From positions 1 to 64,000 of IMG/VR virus record IMGVR_UViG_3300036790_000551: a stretch of 64,000 nt of DNA. The stretch is one strand, 5' to 3'. Within the stretch, counting starts at the first letter, position 1. Every line of letters begins with the position of its first letter. Positions 47,506 through 57,612 of this stretch are shown here, one piece after another. The position numbers and the translations under genes are program-made. This stretch comes from a virus. The notes below the pieces were generated by a model. That model searched no databases. It saw only the letters and a program-made list of their open reading frames with translations, and was not told where the DNA came from.

Positions 47506-47836
47506 CAGGACCATCGAACGCAGCGTCGCCCGTGCTCTCTACGCTAAGTTCTCGCGGGACTGGAGGGACCACCTCCGTGCGTCAGGAAAGTACGGTGAGC
47601 CGAAGTCTCCGAAGCGCCCGACTTTCTCCCAGTGGTACGCACTCCACGAGCGCAACCGAGCGATGATGGAGCAGTCCAAGGCCGCGGACGTTCTCGAGTT
47701 CCTGCAGGCCGACCCCTGGGAGCGCTTCGCCAACGAGCACCCGGAGGAGGCCCAGGCCTCGTCTGAGGACGCTTCGGACGATGAACGTGGAGTGGTTCAC
47801 ATCGACCTGAGGACGGGTGAGGAGACGAAGGAGTGA
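47498..47836 (+). CDS. hypothetical protein
   Basis: AAGGA RBS; coupled ORF. Confidence 0.5.
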   Translation: MSNRTIERSVARALYAKFSRDWRDHLRASGKYGEPKSPKRPTFSQWYALHERNRAMMEQSKAADVLEFLQADPWERFANEHPEEAQASSEDASDDERGVVHIDLRTGEETKE

Positions 47837-48060
47837 GGGCCCTCCTGCTCTCCCTCCTGCTCGCCGCCGGTTGCCTGGTCACGACCAATAGGCCGGGTGT
47901 GATAGTCTGCGAGGACATCAACTACGAGGCACCGAGTTGCGCGGGGTACTACGACTGGGTCCCCGGCTTCTGGGCCGGCGGCGTCTGGAACCGCGGCCAC
48001 TACACGCACCGCTACCGCGGCCCACGCTTCAATCACGTCCGCTCCGGTCGCCGTCGCTAG
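47833..48060 (+). CDS. small lipoprotein with WxxGxW repeats
   Basis: LLAAGC lipobox; YDWVPGFW, VWNRGHY. Confidence 0.6.
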   Translation: MRALLLSLLLAAGCLVTTNRPGVIVCEDINYEAPSCAGYYDWVPGFWAGGVWNRGHYTHRYRGPRFNHVRSGRRR

Positions 48061-48319
48061 GGGCCTCCGCGGTTGGAAGACGAACCCCGTATCATCCGGC
48101 TCGCCCGGAGGAGGATGCTTGTGACTCCCGTTAGGAAACCACCCGAGAAGATTCGAATTCCCGTTCGGGGGTCGACCCGTAAGAAGCCGACCAGGATTGT
48201 GAAGTCAACGACCGTTGCACCGGCCAAACCGAGGCTCAAGCCAAACCACCGGTAAGCGTGTTATGATGCCCTCGGTGAGCAAGTTAACCGAGGAAGAGCG
48301 AAAGACGACGTGCTGCTAG

Positions 48320-48997
48320 ATGCGTCTAGTTCACTTCTCAGATTTACATTGGTCTGGGTTTGACCGTCTTCCCGAAGCGGACCTGTATGTCTGCACGGGC
48401 GATATGATGGCCGACCACGTTAGTAAGGTCAAGACCGGGTTCCCCGGCGTCTACTCCTGGGACATCGTTCCTGGTCACGCTAAGCACGTGCAGGAGGAGC
48501 AGGCCCGACGCTTCGTGGAACGCGACGGCGGTTACCGTAAGTTCCTCGGGAGCCCCGATGCCCCGCTCGTCTGTGTCCGCGGCAACCATGACTTCACAGA
48601 CCTCCGACACCTGTTCGTCGGCTGTAACCTCGTGCATGAGTTCATCGACAACGAGTTCATCGAGGTGGCCGGTCTGCGGGTCACGGGTCATCGCGGCATT
48701 CCATACATCTACGGCGGTTGGAACGACGAGGTCATGCGCGCGGACCTGCTTGACCGCGCCCGTCGAATGCCGAACGCCGACCTCTTCCTGACGCACTACC
48801 CGCCGCTCGGTATCCTCGACGGCGGGCCGCTGGCATACGGCCTCGAGGGCCTCGCAGCCGTCCTCCAGGGTAAAATGGACGGGCCGGTCGGGGTCCACTG
48901 CTTCGGTCACATCCATGAGAGCCGTGCGGTTCATCGTCCGAGCGATTCAATCGTCTTCTCGAACGCGGCAACGTACTTCAACGTAATCGATATTTGA
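48320..48997 (+). CDS. calcineurin-like metallophosphoesterase
   Basis: SDLH, TGD, GNHD, TH.PP, FGHIHE. Confidence 0.9.
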   Translation: MRLVHFSDLHWSGFDRLPEADLYVCTGDMMADHVSKVKTGFPGVYSWDIVPGHAKHVQEEQARRFVERDGGYRKFLGSPDAPLVCVRGNHDFTDLRHLFVGCNLVHEFIDNEFIEVAGLRVTGHRGIPYIYGGWNDEVMRADLLDRARRMPNADLFLTHYPPLGILDGGPLAYGLEGLAAVLQGKMDGPVGVHCFGHIHESRAVHRPSDSIVFSNAATYFNVIDI

Positions 48998-49424
48998 GGA
49001 CCATGTCAGCAAAGACCATGCTCTCTGTCTTATTCGTGTTCATACTGCTCGCTTGGGCCGGCGTAATCGCGTTTGGAGTCGTCACGCACGACTTGGGGCC
49101 AATCCTCGGCGCAACGTTTATGTTCGGAGGCGCGACGTTCGTCATCGTCGTTCTCCAGCGCGACTTGGAGTCCTGAAATGGTATTCAAGGTCGTCTACGG
49201 ATTAGAGCACATAAACTTTGGCATCGGCGACGAGCGCAGCGGCTGGTGGATTGTACGCTACCTCTTGAATACATCAAGCAACACGTTGTGGACACAAAGC
49301 CGATTGCGCAGTTTCCGTATGGGCCGGCGAGCGCGCACGACCTGTCGGACTTCGAGGCCTACTGCTTGGAGGGACACGCGGTGCTGAAGCGTAATGCAAC
49401 GATTGAAGACATGAGGGATGCTTA

Positions 49425-50303
49425 ATGCTGATTTCCGCACGCGTCATCGCTGACTCAATCAACCCGGACGGCGACCGCCTGACGACGGTCGAGGCGGTCT
49501 TCAATAGGTGGATACTGGCCGAACTCAACACCCATCGCATGCTGAGTCGGAACTCCGCCAGTTCCCGAGCCATCCCAGTCGCGCGCGTGCTGAAGCAGGT
49601 CTGGCGGGAGCCGGCCTACCCCGTGCACTGGGGCAAGAACCAGGCGGGAATGCAGAGTAAGAGTGAACTCGGAGGACTGCGTCTCTGGTTGGCGAAGCGC
49701 CTCTTCTTCTGGGCCCGCGTCCCCGCGCTGGTCCTCGTTTGGCTCCTCAGCAAGGTCGGCCTCCACAAGCAGGTAGCCAACCGCATTCTGGAGCCCTGGG
49801 TCTGGCACACGGCAATCATCAGCAGCACGACCTGGCACAACTTCTTCAAGTTGCGAGCGCATCCGGATGCCCAGCCCGAGTTCAAGGAGTTGGCTTATAA
49901 GATGAACCAAGCCATTAACTGCAGCGAACCTCGAAGGTTGGAATGGGGTGAGTGGCACCTGCCGTACGCTGACGGGTTGGACGTCAAGACGGCTTCCGGC
50001 GCCGCCGTCCTGCCTTCAATGGTGAAGGTCTCGGCCGCGTGCTGCGCTAGGGTCTCCTACGTTCGACAGAATGACCGGAAGTCTATCGAAGAGGACGTGA
50101 CGCTTTCCGACAGGCTCGGCGCGAACGGACACTTCTCTCCCCTCGAGCATCCGGCCCGGGCGGAGCGCGGCCAATGGGGGAACTTCCGGGGCTGGAAGCA
50201 GGCGCGAAAGTTTTACGCCAATGAATCAGGCGAACCGAAACAGAAGTGCCTCTGTGAGAACGACCTCTACACGTCAGGCTGCCCGACCCACGGGCACAGT
50301 TGA
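49425..50303 (+). CDS. thyX: flavin-dependent thymidylate synthase
   Basis: ELNTHRMLSRNSASSR, HKQ..NRILEP, NFFKLR.HPDAQPE, CARVSY, HFSPLEH. Confidence 0.9.
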   Translation: MLISARVIADSINPDGDRLTTVEAVFNRWILAELNTHRMLSRNSASSRAIPVARVLKQVWREPAYPVHWGKNQAGMQSKSELGGLRLWLAKRLFFWARVPALVLVWLLSKVGLHKQVANRILEPWVWHTAIISSTTWHNFFKLRAHPDAQPEFKELAYKMNQAINCSEPRRLEWGEWHLPYADGLDVKTASGAAVLPSMVKVSAACCARVSYVRQNDRKSIEEDVTLSDRLGANGHFSPLEHPARAERGQWGNFRGWKQARKFYANESGEPKQKCLCENDLYTSGCPTHGHS

Positions 50304-50329
50304 AGCCTATCTGTACGCAAAGGAAGCGC

Positions 50330-50635
50330 ATGTCAGACGACTGGAACGTTCCCGACGACGATGAGGACGAGATGCTGGAACTTCCGGGTCTTGACACCGA
50401 GGCCGGTCGCGACGGATGGATTGAGATTCTCGCGCAACAGGACGAGGAGAGCATCGCTGCGAACGGCGGTTGGATTCAAATGATTATCGTCTCGGACGAG
50501 AAGCCTGAGAACGGTGTGATGCGCGTGCGTTACGCCGACGGAACCGAGGACATCTTCGACGTTCAAATCAGACGTAAGATTGGCCTCGTGACTGAGAACG
50601 ACCTCGTGACGGACAACGACAGCGAGAGGAACTGA
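50330..50635 (+). CDS. hypothetical acidic protein
   Basis: AAGGA RBS before ATG. Confidence 0.5.
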   Translation: MSDDWNVPDDDEDEMLELPGLDTEAGRDGWIEILAQQDEESIAANGGWIQMIIVSDEKPENGVMRVRYADGTEDIFDVQIRRKIGLVTENDLVTDNDSERN

Positions 50636-50636
50636 C

Positions 50637-51680
50637 GTGGCCACCCTTTCCACGACGCTTGACATCCATCAGCCCGATGCCAGTTTCACGCCGGACCAAC
50701 TCCATGTTATTGCGGTGGTCCACAACCCGCTCCGCTTCAGGAGCCGAGACGTGCTCTTCCAGCAGTTCGTGCAACACATGCAAGCGGCGGGCGTGACGCT
50801 GCACGTGGTCGAGGCCGCCTTCGGAGAGCGACACCACCGTCACTCCGACCTGGGTGCCCACACCCACACCCTTTTCCAGCACTCGAATGAGATATGGATG
50901 AAGGAGGCGATGATTAACGCGGGGTTCAGTCGGCTTCCAGACGACTGGAAGTACGCCGCGTGGATAGACGGCGACGTCCACTTCGCCCGACCCGATTGGG
51001 CGACCGAAACGATTCACCAGTTGCAACACTATCGGGTCGTCCAGATGTTTCAGACCGCCGCGGACCTCGGTCCGACCGGAGAGATTGTCGACGTTCATAA
51101 CAGTTTCGGCTGGTCTTATGCCGCAGGACTACCGAAGTGGGTGCACGGCAACGCCCCAGAGGCTGCCGTTCATGACGGCCTCGATTACTACTTCTATGAC
51201 GACAGCGAGAGTCTCGGTGGCACCCGACCGGCGGGAAAGTTCTGGCATCCGGGATACGCCTGGGCCATTCGTCGCAAGGCCTTCGATGACCTCGGCGGTC
51301 TGATAGACTGGTCAGGCCTCGGTTCGGCCGACCACATGATGGCGCTAGCGATGATTGGAGAGGTTGAGAAGTCGATTCCAGGAAACCTCCATCCGAACTA
51401 CCTTCGTCACGCTCGACTGTGGCAGGAACTCGCCGCCGAGCACATCCGCGGTGACATGGGGTTCGTTCCGGGGACCATCACTCATTCCTGGCACGGTCGC
51501 AAGCGGGAGCGCTTCTATGTTCCTCGATGGGAGATTTTACGGAAGCATGCCTATGACCCCGAGCGGGACATCCGGCGTGACCACCAGCGCATGGTTCACT
51601 TCACTCGTCCCGGTGAGCGGCTTCGTGACGACATGCGGACCTATTTCAGGTCCCGTAATGAAGACGGAGTCGAGTTGTAA
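50637..51680 (+). CDS. GT-A-like glycosyltransferase
   Basis: W.KE.MIN.G, YAAWIDGD (DxD), AWAIRR..FD.LGGL, GSAD, H.WHG. Confidence 0.7.
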   Translation: MATLSTTLDIHQPDASFTPDQLHVIAVVHNPLRFRSRDVLFQQFVQHMQAAGVTLHVVEAAFGERHHRHSDLGAHTHTLFQHSNEIWMKEAMINAGFSRLPDDWKYAAWIDGDVHFARPDWATETIHQLQHYRVVQMFQTAADLGPTGEIVDVHNSFGWSYAAGLPKWVHGNAPEAAVHDGLDYYFYDDSESLGGTRPAGKFWHPGYAWAIRRKAFDDLGGLIDWSGLGSADHMMALAMIGEVEKSIPGNLHPNYLRHARLWQELAAEHIRGDMGFVPGTITHSWHGRKRERFYVPRWEILRKHAYDPERDIRRDHQRMVHFTRPGERLRDDMRTYFRSRNEDGVEL

Positions 51681-52096
51681 TGTTGACATGTCCCGTGTGC
51701 GGCGAGTACTCATGTAAATACTGGCAATGGTGCAAGATGAATACAGGACCGAAACAATCGACGCCAGTTCCCTCGGGACAGATGAAGACCGACGGAGATA
51801 CCACTCATCGAGTTCCCCGTTTCGAGCCGGAGGCCTTGCCTGAGATATACGGTGAGTCACTCGAGGAGCGTGACAACGACCCAGTGAACCACCCATCGCA
51901 TTACACTGCCAGTGGCATTGAAACGATTGATGTCATCGAGGCATGGGACCTAGACTTCTGTTTGGGGAACGCCGTGAAGTACATCTCTCGTGCCGGCAAG
52001 AAGGACCCCGAGAAGGAACTGGAAGACCTCAAGAAGGCTCGGTGGTACGTTGACCGTCGCATCGAGCAAATTCAAAATCGAGGAAAAACCGGATGA
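51680..52096 (+). CDS. DUF3310 (T7 gp1.7-like nucleotide kinase domain) protein
   Basis: DPVNHPSHY, IETID, FCLGNAVKYISRAGKK, EDLKKARWY. Confidence 0.85.
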   Translation: MLTCPVCGEYSCKYWQWCKMNTGPKQSTPVPSGQMKTDGDTTHRVPRFEPEALPEIYGESLEERDNDPVNHPSHYTASGIETIDVIEAWDLDFCLGNAVKYISRAGKKDPEKELEDLKKARWYVDRRIEQIQNRGKTG

Positions 52097-52725
52097 TTTC
52101 ATTACGCTTGCTCGTCAATAATGAGGTCTGTTGCGACGTCGACGGCGTCGTGGCAGACCTCGTGGGCGGCCTGCAGGGGTGGCTCCTCACGACCTATGGC
52201 GTTGAGATGGACCGGTCTCGGGTCGTCTATCACAACGACATGGGTCGCTCTCCCGGCATCAGGGAGACAACGGCTCGAAAACTGATGAGGTTCTTTCCAA
52301 GCGCAGAGACCCCGGAGCAGGCGTTCTCCTTCGCGTTCGAGGCCTTCATGAAGGACCGCGACGTCTACGGTCGCTACATCCCCGTCATTCCCGGGGCGCT
52401 TGAGGGAATCGCGGCCATCCAGCAGAGGTACGAGGTGGTCTTCGTGACCGCCCTCATGAAGAAGGCCCGCGACCACTTTCGCTCCAAGATGGAGTGGATT
52501 GAGCGATGGTTTCCCGGTTGCGAGGTCATCACGGCCACGGCCAGCAAGAAGCGCATGGTCCGCGGCCGGTATGCTATCGATGACCGCTACGACACCTGCG
52601 CCATGTATAGGGCGGCCGGCACCGAGCCCCTGCTCTTCGAACAGCCATGGAACGAGGTTCCCGACGGCGTCGTCGAGCCAAGTTACGACTGGAAGGGAAT
52701 CGTGCAGAGGATATGCGATGAGTGA
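52093..52725 (+). CDS. HAD-family 5'(3')-deoxyribonucleotidase
   Basis: DVDGVVAD, FVTA, K.EW...F, IDDR, QPWN. Confidence 0.85.
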   Translation: MISLRLLVNNEVCCDVDGVVADLVGGLQGWLLTTYGVEMDRSRVVYHNDMGRSPGIRETTARKLMRFFPSAETPEQAFSFAFEAFMKDRDVYGRYIPVIPGALEGIAAIQQRYEVVFVTALMKKARDHFRSKMEWIERWFPGCEVITATASKKRMVRGRYAIDDRYDTCAMYRAAGTEPLLFEQPWNEVPDGVVEPSYDWKGIVQRICDE

Positions 52726-53059
52726 AATCGACGGAAAGGTTGCTCCACCGCCGGCCGGGTACACCTCGGTTCGCCTCGGCGCGGCCTTTCTGATGCCTGC
52801 CGACGAGGCCGACCACTACGAACTCTTTCGACAGACTGTGACGGTGGCCAATGAGGGCGACCGGACGGTCAAGAGCGAGGCAATCGGAACCCCGATTGGA
52901 CCCCTGGCTCGCTATCGACGAAAGGGACGGGGTGACAAGACCCCGAAGCACCTGGCCTCGGTGAGCGGGCCACCCCTGGAGATGAAGACTACGGACGCGA
53001 AGGGACAGCCCATGACTTTAATTTTGCTCTGGTGGCCGGGAATGGATAACAACAAATGA
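52718..53059 (+). CDS. hypothetical protein
   Basis: coupled ORF. Confidence 0.45.
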   Translation: MSEIDGKVAPPPAGYTSVRLGAAFLMPADEADHYELFRQTVTVANEGDRTVKSEAIGTPIGPLARYRRKGRGDKTPKHLASVSGPPLEMKTTDAKGQPMTLILLWWPGMDNNK

Positions 53060-53182
53060 CAGGCGAAGAGAAAGTCGGTCTCGTGTTCATTGTGATGTGG
53101 GCCCTCTCGGTCCTCGCGAGCCTAGCCATGTCCGCGGCCGTCGTTTACGTTCTGATTCATTTTCTTTCAAAGTATTGGTGAG

Positions 53183-53938
53183 ATGACCGACGTCCAGTTG
53201 TTCAGCGAGCGTCTCACCCAGACGCTGGGGCTCTTGTCCTGGGAAGTGCGTAACGCCCTGTTGGTCAAAATCGGTCACATGGAGTTGCAGATGCGAAGCA
53301 ACGGCCAATGCCAGCCGGTCTGGACCGGTCCCGTGCCCGAGGTCCAGTTGCTGGGTCGCGAGGTCGTTGTACCGACCGACGTCGGCGAGCGACGGGGCAT
53401 CGTCGTCTGCTTCGGAGTCATGAACATGGGCGCTGAGTATGAGCGGTCCGTGGTCGTGCACGTCCCGGCCTCTGGCACCGTCCATGAGGCCCCGGGCTCC
53501 TCCACCAGGCTGGCGTCTGCAGAGGACTCCAGACGCATCCAGGAGGAACTGGCGATGGCTCGGAAGTTGAGCGAGGCGACCGAACGGGTGCAGGCGGAGC
53601 CGCCGGCCGGCAAGGCCAGGCGTCGCGGCCACAAGGACCCCGCCCTTCAGAAGTGGATGCTCGAGCACGGAGCGGCCCATCCCAACGTCCGTCAAGCGGT
53701 TGAGGGCGGCGGCTGCCTTAAGTTGGTCGGTCTCGATGGTGACAAGCGCCTTTACGTCTTTCGCGGACAACTTCGGGTCGACGTCAGCGGCTTCGTCGTC
53801 GGTCATCCGTCCGTTCGTCAGATATCCGAGGCCGAGGCCAAGGAGATGCACCTCGGAAAGGTCCGCGGACAGTTCATCTTCGAGGACCCCGCCGCGGCTC
53901 GTGAGGCCTTCGAACTCGCTCTCTCCCTCCTCGGTTAG
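53183..53938 (+). CDS. hypothetical protein
   Basis: 251-aa ORF with phage codon use. Confidence 0.55.
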   Translation: MTDVQLFSERLTQTLGLLSWEVRNALLVKIGHMELQMRSNGQCQPVWTGPVPEVQLLGREVVVPTDVGERRGIVVCFGVMNMGAEYERSVVVHVPASGTVHEAPGSSTRLASAEDSRRIQEELAMARKLSEATERVQAEPPAGKARRRGHKDPALQKWMLEHGAAHPNVRQAVEGGGCLKLVGLDGDKRLYVFRGQLRVDVSGFVVGHPSVRQISEAEAKEMHLGKVRGQFIFEDPAAAREAFELALSLLG

Positions 53939-53982
53939 ACGTTTGCGACGGACGTCCGTCGCCGTTGTGGTACAATGGACGC

Positions 53983-54234
53983 ATGCCGCAACAGGTAATG
54001 CCGCCCTACGTCGAGACCGAGGCCCTTCGCCAGGACCGAATCATTCGTGTGATTGAGTTCATCATGGAGACCGAGAGCGATGTGACGCTCGAGAACGGGC
54101 CGCTGACGATGACTGTCCGCGGCCACGAAATCAAGGTCCGCGACAACAAGACCGGGTTCCTAGTGGCCTATTCCATGACCAAGGCGGACTTTGAGCAGTC
54201 CGTCGATGAGTTCGTCTCCGACTTCATGGCCTGA
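53983..54234 (+). CDS. hypothetical protein
   Basis: ATG 6 nt after TG-G-TACAAT. Confidence 0.55.
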   Translation: MPQQVMPPYVETEALRQDRIIRVIEFIMETESDVTLENGPLTMTVRGHEIKVRDNKTGFLVAYSMTKADFEQSVDEFVSDFMA

Positions 54235-54281
54235 ACGGCGGTGGAGCGGGCGGAAGTCCGCGGACGGCGGTACCTATTCGC

Positions 54282-55403
54282 ATGTCCGGTTCCTGGATGC
54301 AACTTCGCGGCCTCCTCCTGGTGGGAGAGGCCAAGACCTCGGTCGACTACAAGAACGCCCTGGCGCGGTACATGGTCGGTCGGTACGGTGAGCACGCGGC
54401 CGATGAGGCCATATCGCTCCTGCAGCGCAGCCGTCCACAGGACTTCCAGAAGCAGTTGGCTCTGAAGTACATGGACAGTCGGCTCGACGGTATCGTTAAG
54501 GACCTCGTGAAGTCCATGACGCCGACGACGAACGCCCCCAAGTCGAAGGACGAACCCGAGGCAGGCTTCAAGGCTGCGGACGACGACGAAGAAAGCGACG
54601 ACGGACCGGCCTTCAAGACCCCCGATGAGGTGGCTGCGCAGCGAGCGAAGACGACCGCCACCGCCGCGAGCCGTCCGGACCGGGCCGGCACGACCTCCAA
54701 CGTGCAGCGGCCCGCCGGCGGCGGCACCAGGGCCGAGCCCGGTAAGGCGACCGCGAGCGTCATGGGCACCGCCGGCCAGTACCAGATAAAGAAGCCGAGC
54801 GCTGACCCCAGCATCAAGCCGACGGTGAAGGCTAAGCCCGGAGAGTCGGGAATGTCTAACTCCCAGAAGAAGGTCGACTACGTCACCCAGACGTACGGTC
54901 AGGCCACCGGTGACCGCCTCGCCAAGAAACTGGGTGTTCCGACATCCGCCGAGCGCGGCGGTGTACTCGGAGTCGGAATGGGGTCCCCCTGGAAGACCAA
55001 GCCGAAGGTCGTCTCCGGTCAGGCCGCCCAGAAGGCAGCCGACCCGGACTCCCCGACAGCGGCACCCACTCCGCGAAACGCCCGCGATATTCCACCCAGG
55101 CCGGTCGCTCAACGACCGGGCGGTAGCAACGGTAAGCCGCTGGTGCGAACGAGGAACCCCGAGACCGGTGAGGACGAGGTCGGGGTGCGGCCGGGGGACT
55201 TCGTCGGCCAGCGCTGGAAGCCGCACGGCATCTCCAAGAAGGTAGCCACGGCCCGTCCAGACGCGGCCACTGGCAACTTCCAGCGCGGCAGTCGACTCAC
55301 GAACCCCTCCCAGGAGGGACAGGAAATGGTCTGGGACGGCAGTGACTGGGTCCTCCCGAGCGTCTACGCCGCCTCCCGGGCCCAAGCGAAAGCGAGCAAC
55401 TGA
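54282..55403 (+). CDS. low-complexity putative internal head protein
   Basis: SWMQL...VGEA N-terminus; K/P/A-rich; TACCTA motif just upstream. Confidence 0.55.
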   Translation: MSGSWMQLRGLLLVGEAKTSVDYKNALARYMVGRYGEHAADEAISLLQRSRPQDFQKQLALKYMDSRLDGIVKDLVKSMTPTTNAPKSKDEPEAGFKAADDDEESDDGPAFKTPDEVAAQRAKTTATAASRPDRAGTTSNVQRPAGGGTRAEPGKATASVMGTAGQYQIKKPSADPSIKPTVKAKPGESGMSNSQKKVDYVTQTYGQATGDRLAKKLGVPTSAERGGVLGVGMGSPWKTKPKVVSGQAAQKAADPDSPTAAPTPRNARDIPPRPVAQRPGGSNGKPLVRTRNPETGEDEVGVRPGDFVGQRWKPHGISKKVATARPDAATGNFQRGSRLTNPSQEGQEMVWDGSDWVLPSVYAASRAQAKASN

Positions 55404-56015
55404 ATGCGTCTCCCCCTCTCTCCAATGCTGGCCCTCGCCGTCGGGGCCTGCGTCCACATGCCGCGACTGAACCCCGAGTATCGCCTGGAGACCGACCAGG
55501 AGCGATACGCCGTGGTCGTCGAGTCCGGTTGCGCCGAGGACGCGCCGATTCCGAATCACCTGCCGATTGAGTGGAGGCCCGGGCGCCACGGCTCGGGCGT
55601 GCTCATCGACGGCCGCCACGTCCTGACGGCCCTTCACGTCGTAGACTGCCCGATTCTGCCGGCGGTAACGGTCTACCTCGAGGACGGTACACCCTTCTTT
55701 ATGAACGTGGTCCGTGAGGACCGCGACCGGGACCTCGCCCTCCTCGAGGTGGCGTCCCAGGGAAACATCTCGAACCGCGTTGCTCCGCCGACCCTGGGTT
55801 TGCCTGAGGGTCGGCTCTGCTCCCAGGCCGCGTGGCCGTATCGAATGAGTCGCTGTGGGGAGTTCGATTCGCCCGACGGCTTCTGGACAGCGAGCGTCAG
55901 GGGCAACTCGGGGGCCGGCGTCTACGATGAGTTCGGTGCCCTGGTCGGCATCGTGACGCGCTCCACCGAAGCGGAGACCACGTTTAGTCGCCTCGACAGC
56001 GACTGGGTCCGTTAA
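55404..56015 (+). CDS. trypsin-like serine protease, lipoprotein
   Basis: AVGAC lipobox, GSGVLI...VLTALHVV, DLALL, GNSGAG. Confidence 0.85.
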   Translation: MRLPLSPMLALAVGACVHMPRLNPEYRLETDQERYAVVVESGCAEDAPIPNHLPIEWRPGRHGSGVLIDGRHVLTALHVVDCPILPAVTVYLEDGTPFFMNVVREDRDRDLALLEVASQGNISNRVAPPTLGLPEGRLCSQAAWPYRMSRCGEFDSPDGFWTASVRGNSGAGVYDEFGALVGIVTRSTEAETTFSRLDSDWVR

Positions 56016-56061
56016 CGCTTCCAGCACCGGTCCCCGCTTGCCCTCGAGGTATGATGGCCGC

Positions 56062-56334
56062 ATGCTTCGACGCATCCTCAATGCCGCCGCCGTTCTCCTT
56101 GAGGACGGGATAGAACGCTGGGCCAACCTGAACCGGGGAACCGTGCGGGTTGACCGCGCGACGATTGACCGCGCCGCGGAACTGGCCCTCGAGAACGCTC
56201 GCCTTCGGGACGAGGTGGCGCGGCTCCATGCCGCTCTGTTTGTGAGCGATGACCCCGGTCAAGACGTTGATGCGGATTGGCTCGCGAAGTGGTGTGACTC
56301 AATCGAATCAATTAAACCTGAGGACCCGTTCTGA
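56062..56334 (+). CDS. hypothetical coiled-coil protein
   Basis: ATG 6 nt after TATGAT. Confidence 0.5.
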   Translation: MLRRILNAAAVLLEDGIERWANLNRGTVRVDRATIDRAAELALENARLRDEVARLHAALFVSDDPGQDVDADWLAKWCDSIESIKPEDPF

Positions 56335-56579
56335 TGTCGGACAAGTCGGGGCCGGTCGACCACGGGCTCATGATGCGAATCGGACACGCAATCGATGCGT
56401 TGGCCCATCAGTTGATTGAACTGGGAGACAGACTGACTCCGGAGCAGGAGGACGCGCTGCTCGCCGGCGCGCTGGGCGGAGCACCACTCGTGGAGTTGAT
56501 GAACTCGCTCTCCCTCGTCGTTGAGGTGCAGAACGAGACCGGGTTCATGAACGTCTTCCTCAACGAGGGAGTGAACTGA
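56334..56579 (+). CDS. hypothetical protein
   Basis: coupled ORF. Confidence 0.5.
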   Translation: MSDKSGPVDHGLMMRIGHAIDALAHQLIELGDRLTPEQEDALLAGALGGAPLVELMNSLSLVVEVQNETGFMNVFLNEGVN

Positions 56580-56580
56580 G

Positions 56581-56952
56581 ATGGCGGACACCAAGCAGGT
56601 CATCGTGATGCGAACTGACCTCAACATGAGAAAGGGAAAGATGGTTGCCCAGGGCTCCCATGCCTCCCTGGGTGCCGTCCTTCGCATTCAGGACGAGGGC
56701 AACCACGACTGGACTGCGGCCTTGAGCGAATGGCTCGACTCGTCCTTCAAGAAAATCTGCGTTGGGGTCGATAGCGACACGACCCTGTTGGAACTCAAGG
56801 CGGCCCTCGATGCCGCCGGCCTGCCGTGCAAACTGGTCACGGACCTCGGTCACACCGAGTTCCATGGCAAACCCACAGTCACGTGCCTCGCGGTGGGCCC
56901 GTACTACTCAGACGTGATTGACAGGTTCACGGGAGGGTTGAGGCTGCTATGA
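56581..56952 (+). CDS. pth2: peptidyl-tRNA hydrolase 2
   Basis: KQVIVMRTDLNMRKGKMVAQGSHAS, KKIC, VTD.GHTEF, T.TCLAVGP, ID.FTG.L.LL. Confidence 0.93.
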   Translation: MADTKQVIVMRTDLNMRKGKMVAQGSHASLGAVLRIQDEGNHDWTAALSEWLDSSFKKICVGVDSDTTLLELKAALDAAGLPCKLVTDLGHTEFHGKPTVTCLAVGPYYSDVIDRFTGGLRLL

Positions 56953-57113
56953 AGACCATTAAGGAAACGCTGCGGAGGTTCCTTGCTCTGGCGCATCTCG
57001 TCCTTGAGACGGCCACGGGGCTCATGGCGCTTCTCCTGGCGTTCACGCTCTGCACTTGGCTCGTCACTCTGTTAGCGACACGCATCATCAAACTGATGTA
57101 ATACGATGGCCTC

Positions 57114-57437
57114 ATGGCAGGCCTTCGAGTCACCCTCGGCGAGCGTCTCGGTGGATACCGGGATGTCGCCATTGTGCATCAACCGAAACCCGTCTCAGAC
57201 GAAACGGAGGGGGCTCCGGAGTACGTGGAACTCGAGTTGGCCGGGCCGGTCGTCAAGTTGGCCCAATGCCGGTCCGCGACGCTTCCCTTCGGTGCTCCGT
57301 TCGAGCGACCCGACGACGACGGACCCGCTCGGGTCCGAGGAGAGATGGTTTGGACTCACAAGACCGCGCCGACCCTCGTCATTGAGGGTAGGCCGGGAAT
57401 GACCGCGGACGAGTACGCTGCGGGGAGGAGGCGTTGA
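57114..57437 (+). CDS. hypothetical protein
   Basis: ATG 6 nt after TACGAT. Confidence 0.5.
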   Translation: MAGLRVTLGERLGGYRDVAIVHQPKPVSDETEGAPEYVELELAGPVVKLAQCRSATLPFGAPFERPDDDGPARVRGEMVWTHKTAPTLVIEGRPGMTADEYAAGRRR

Positions 57438-57612
57438 TGTCGAGCAAAGAGGCTTGGGTTAGGTTCAACATACCAGCGCTGCTTGTCGTCCTCGTCGTCG
57501 CCATGGCGCTCGGGTTCATCGGCGGCCTGCTGCTCGGACACGCCGACGGTGTCAACGACGGCTGGACGCAGGCGGCCCAGGCCTTCAGGCACGACGGAGA
57601 CTTTAAGTCGCC

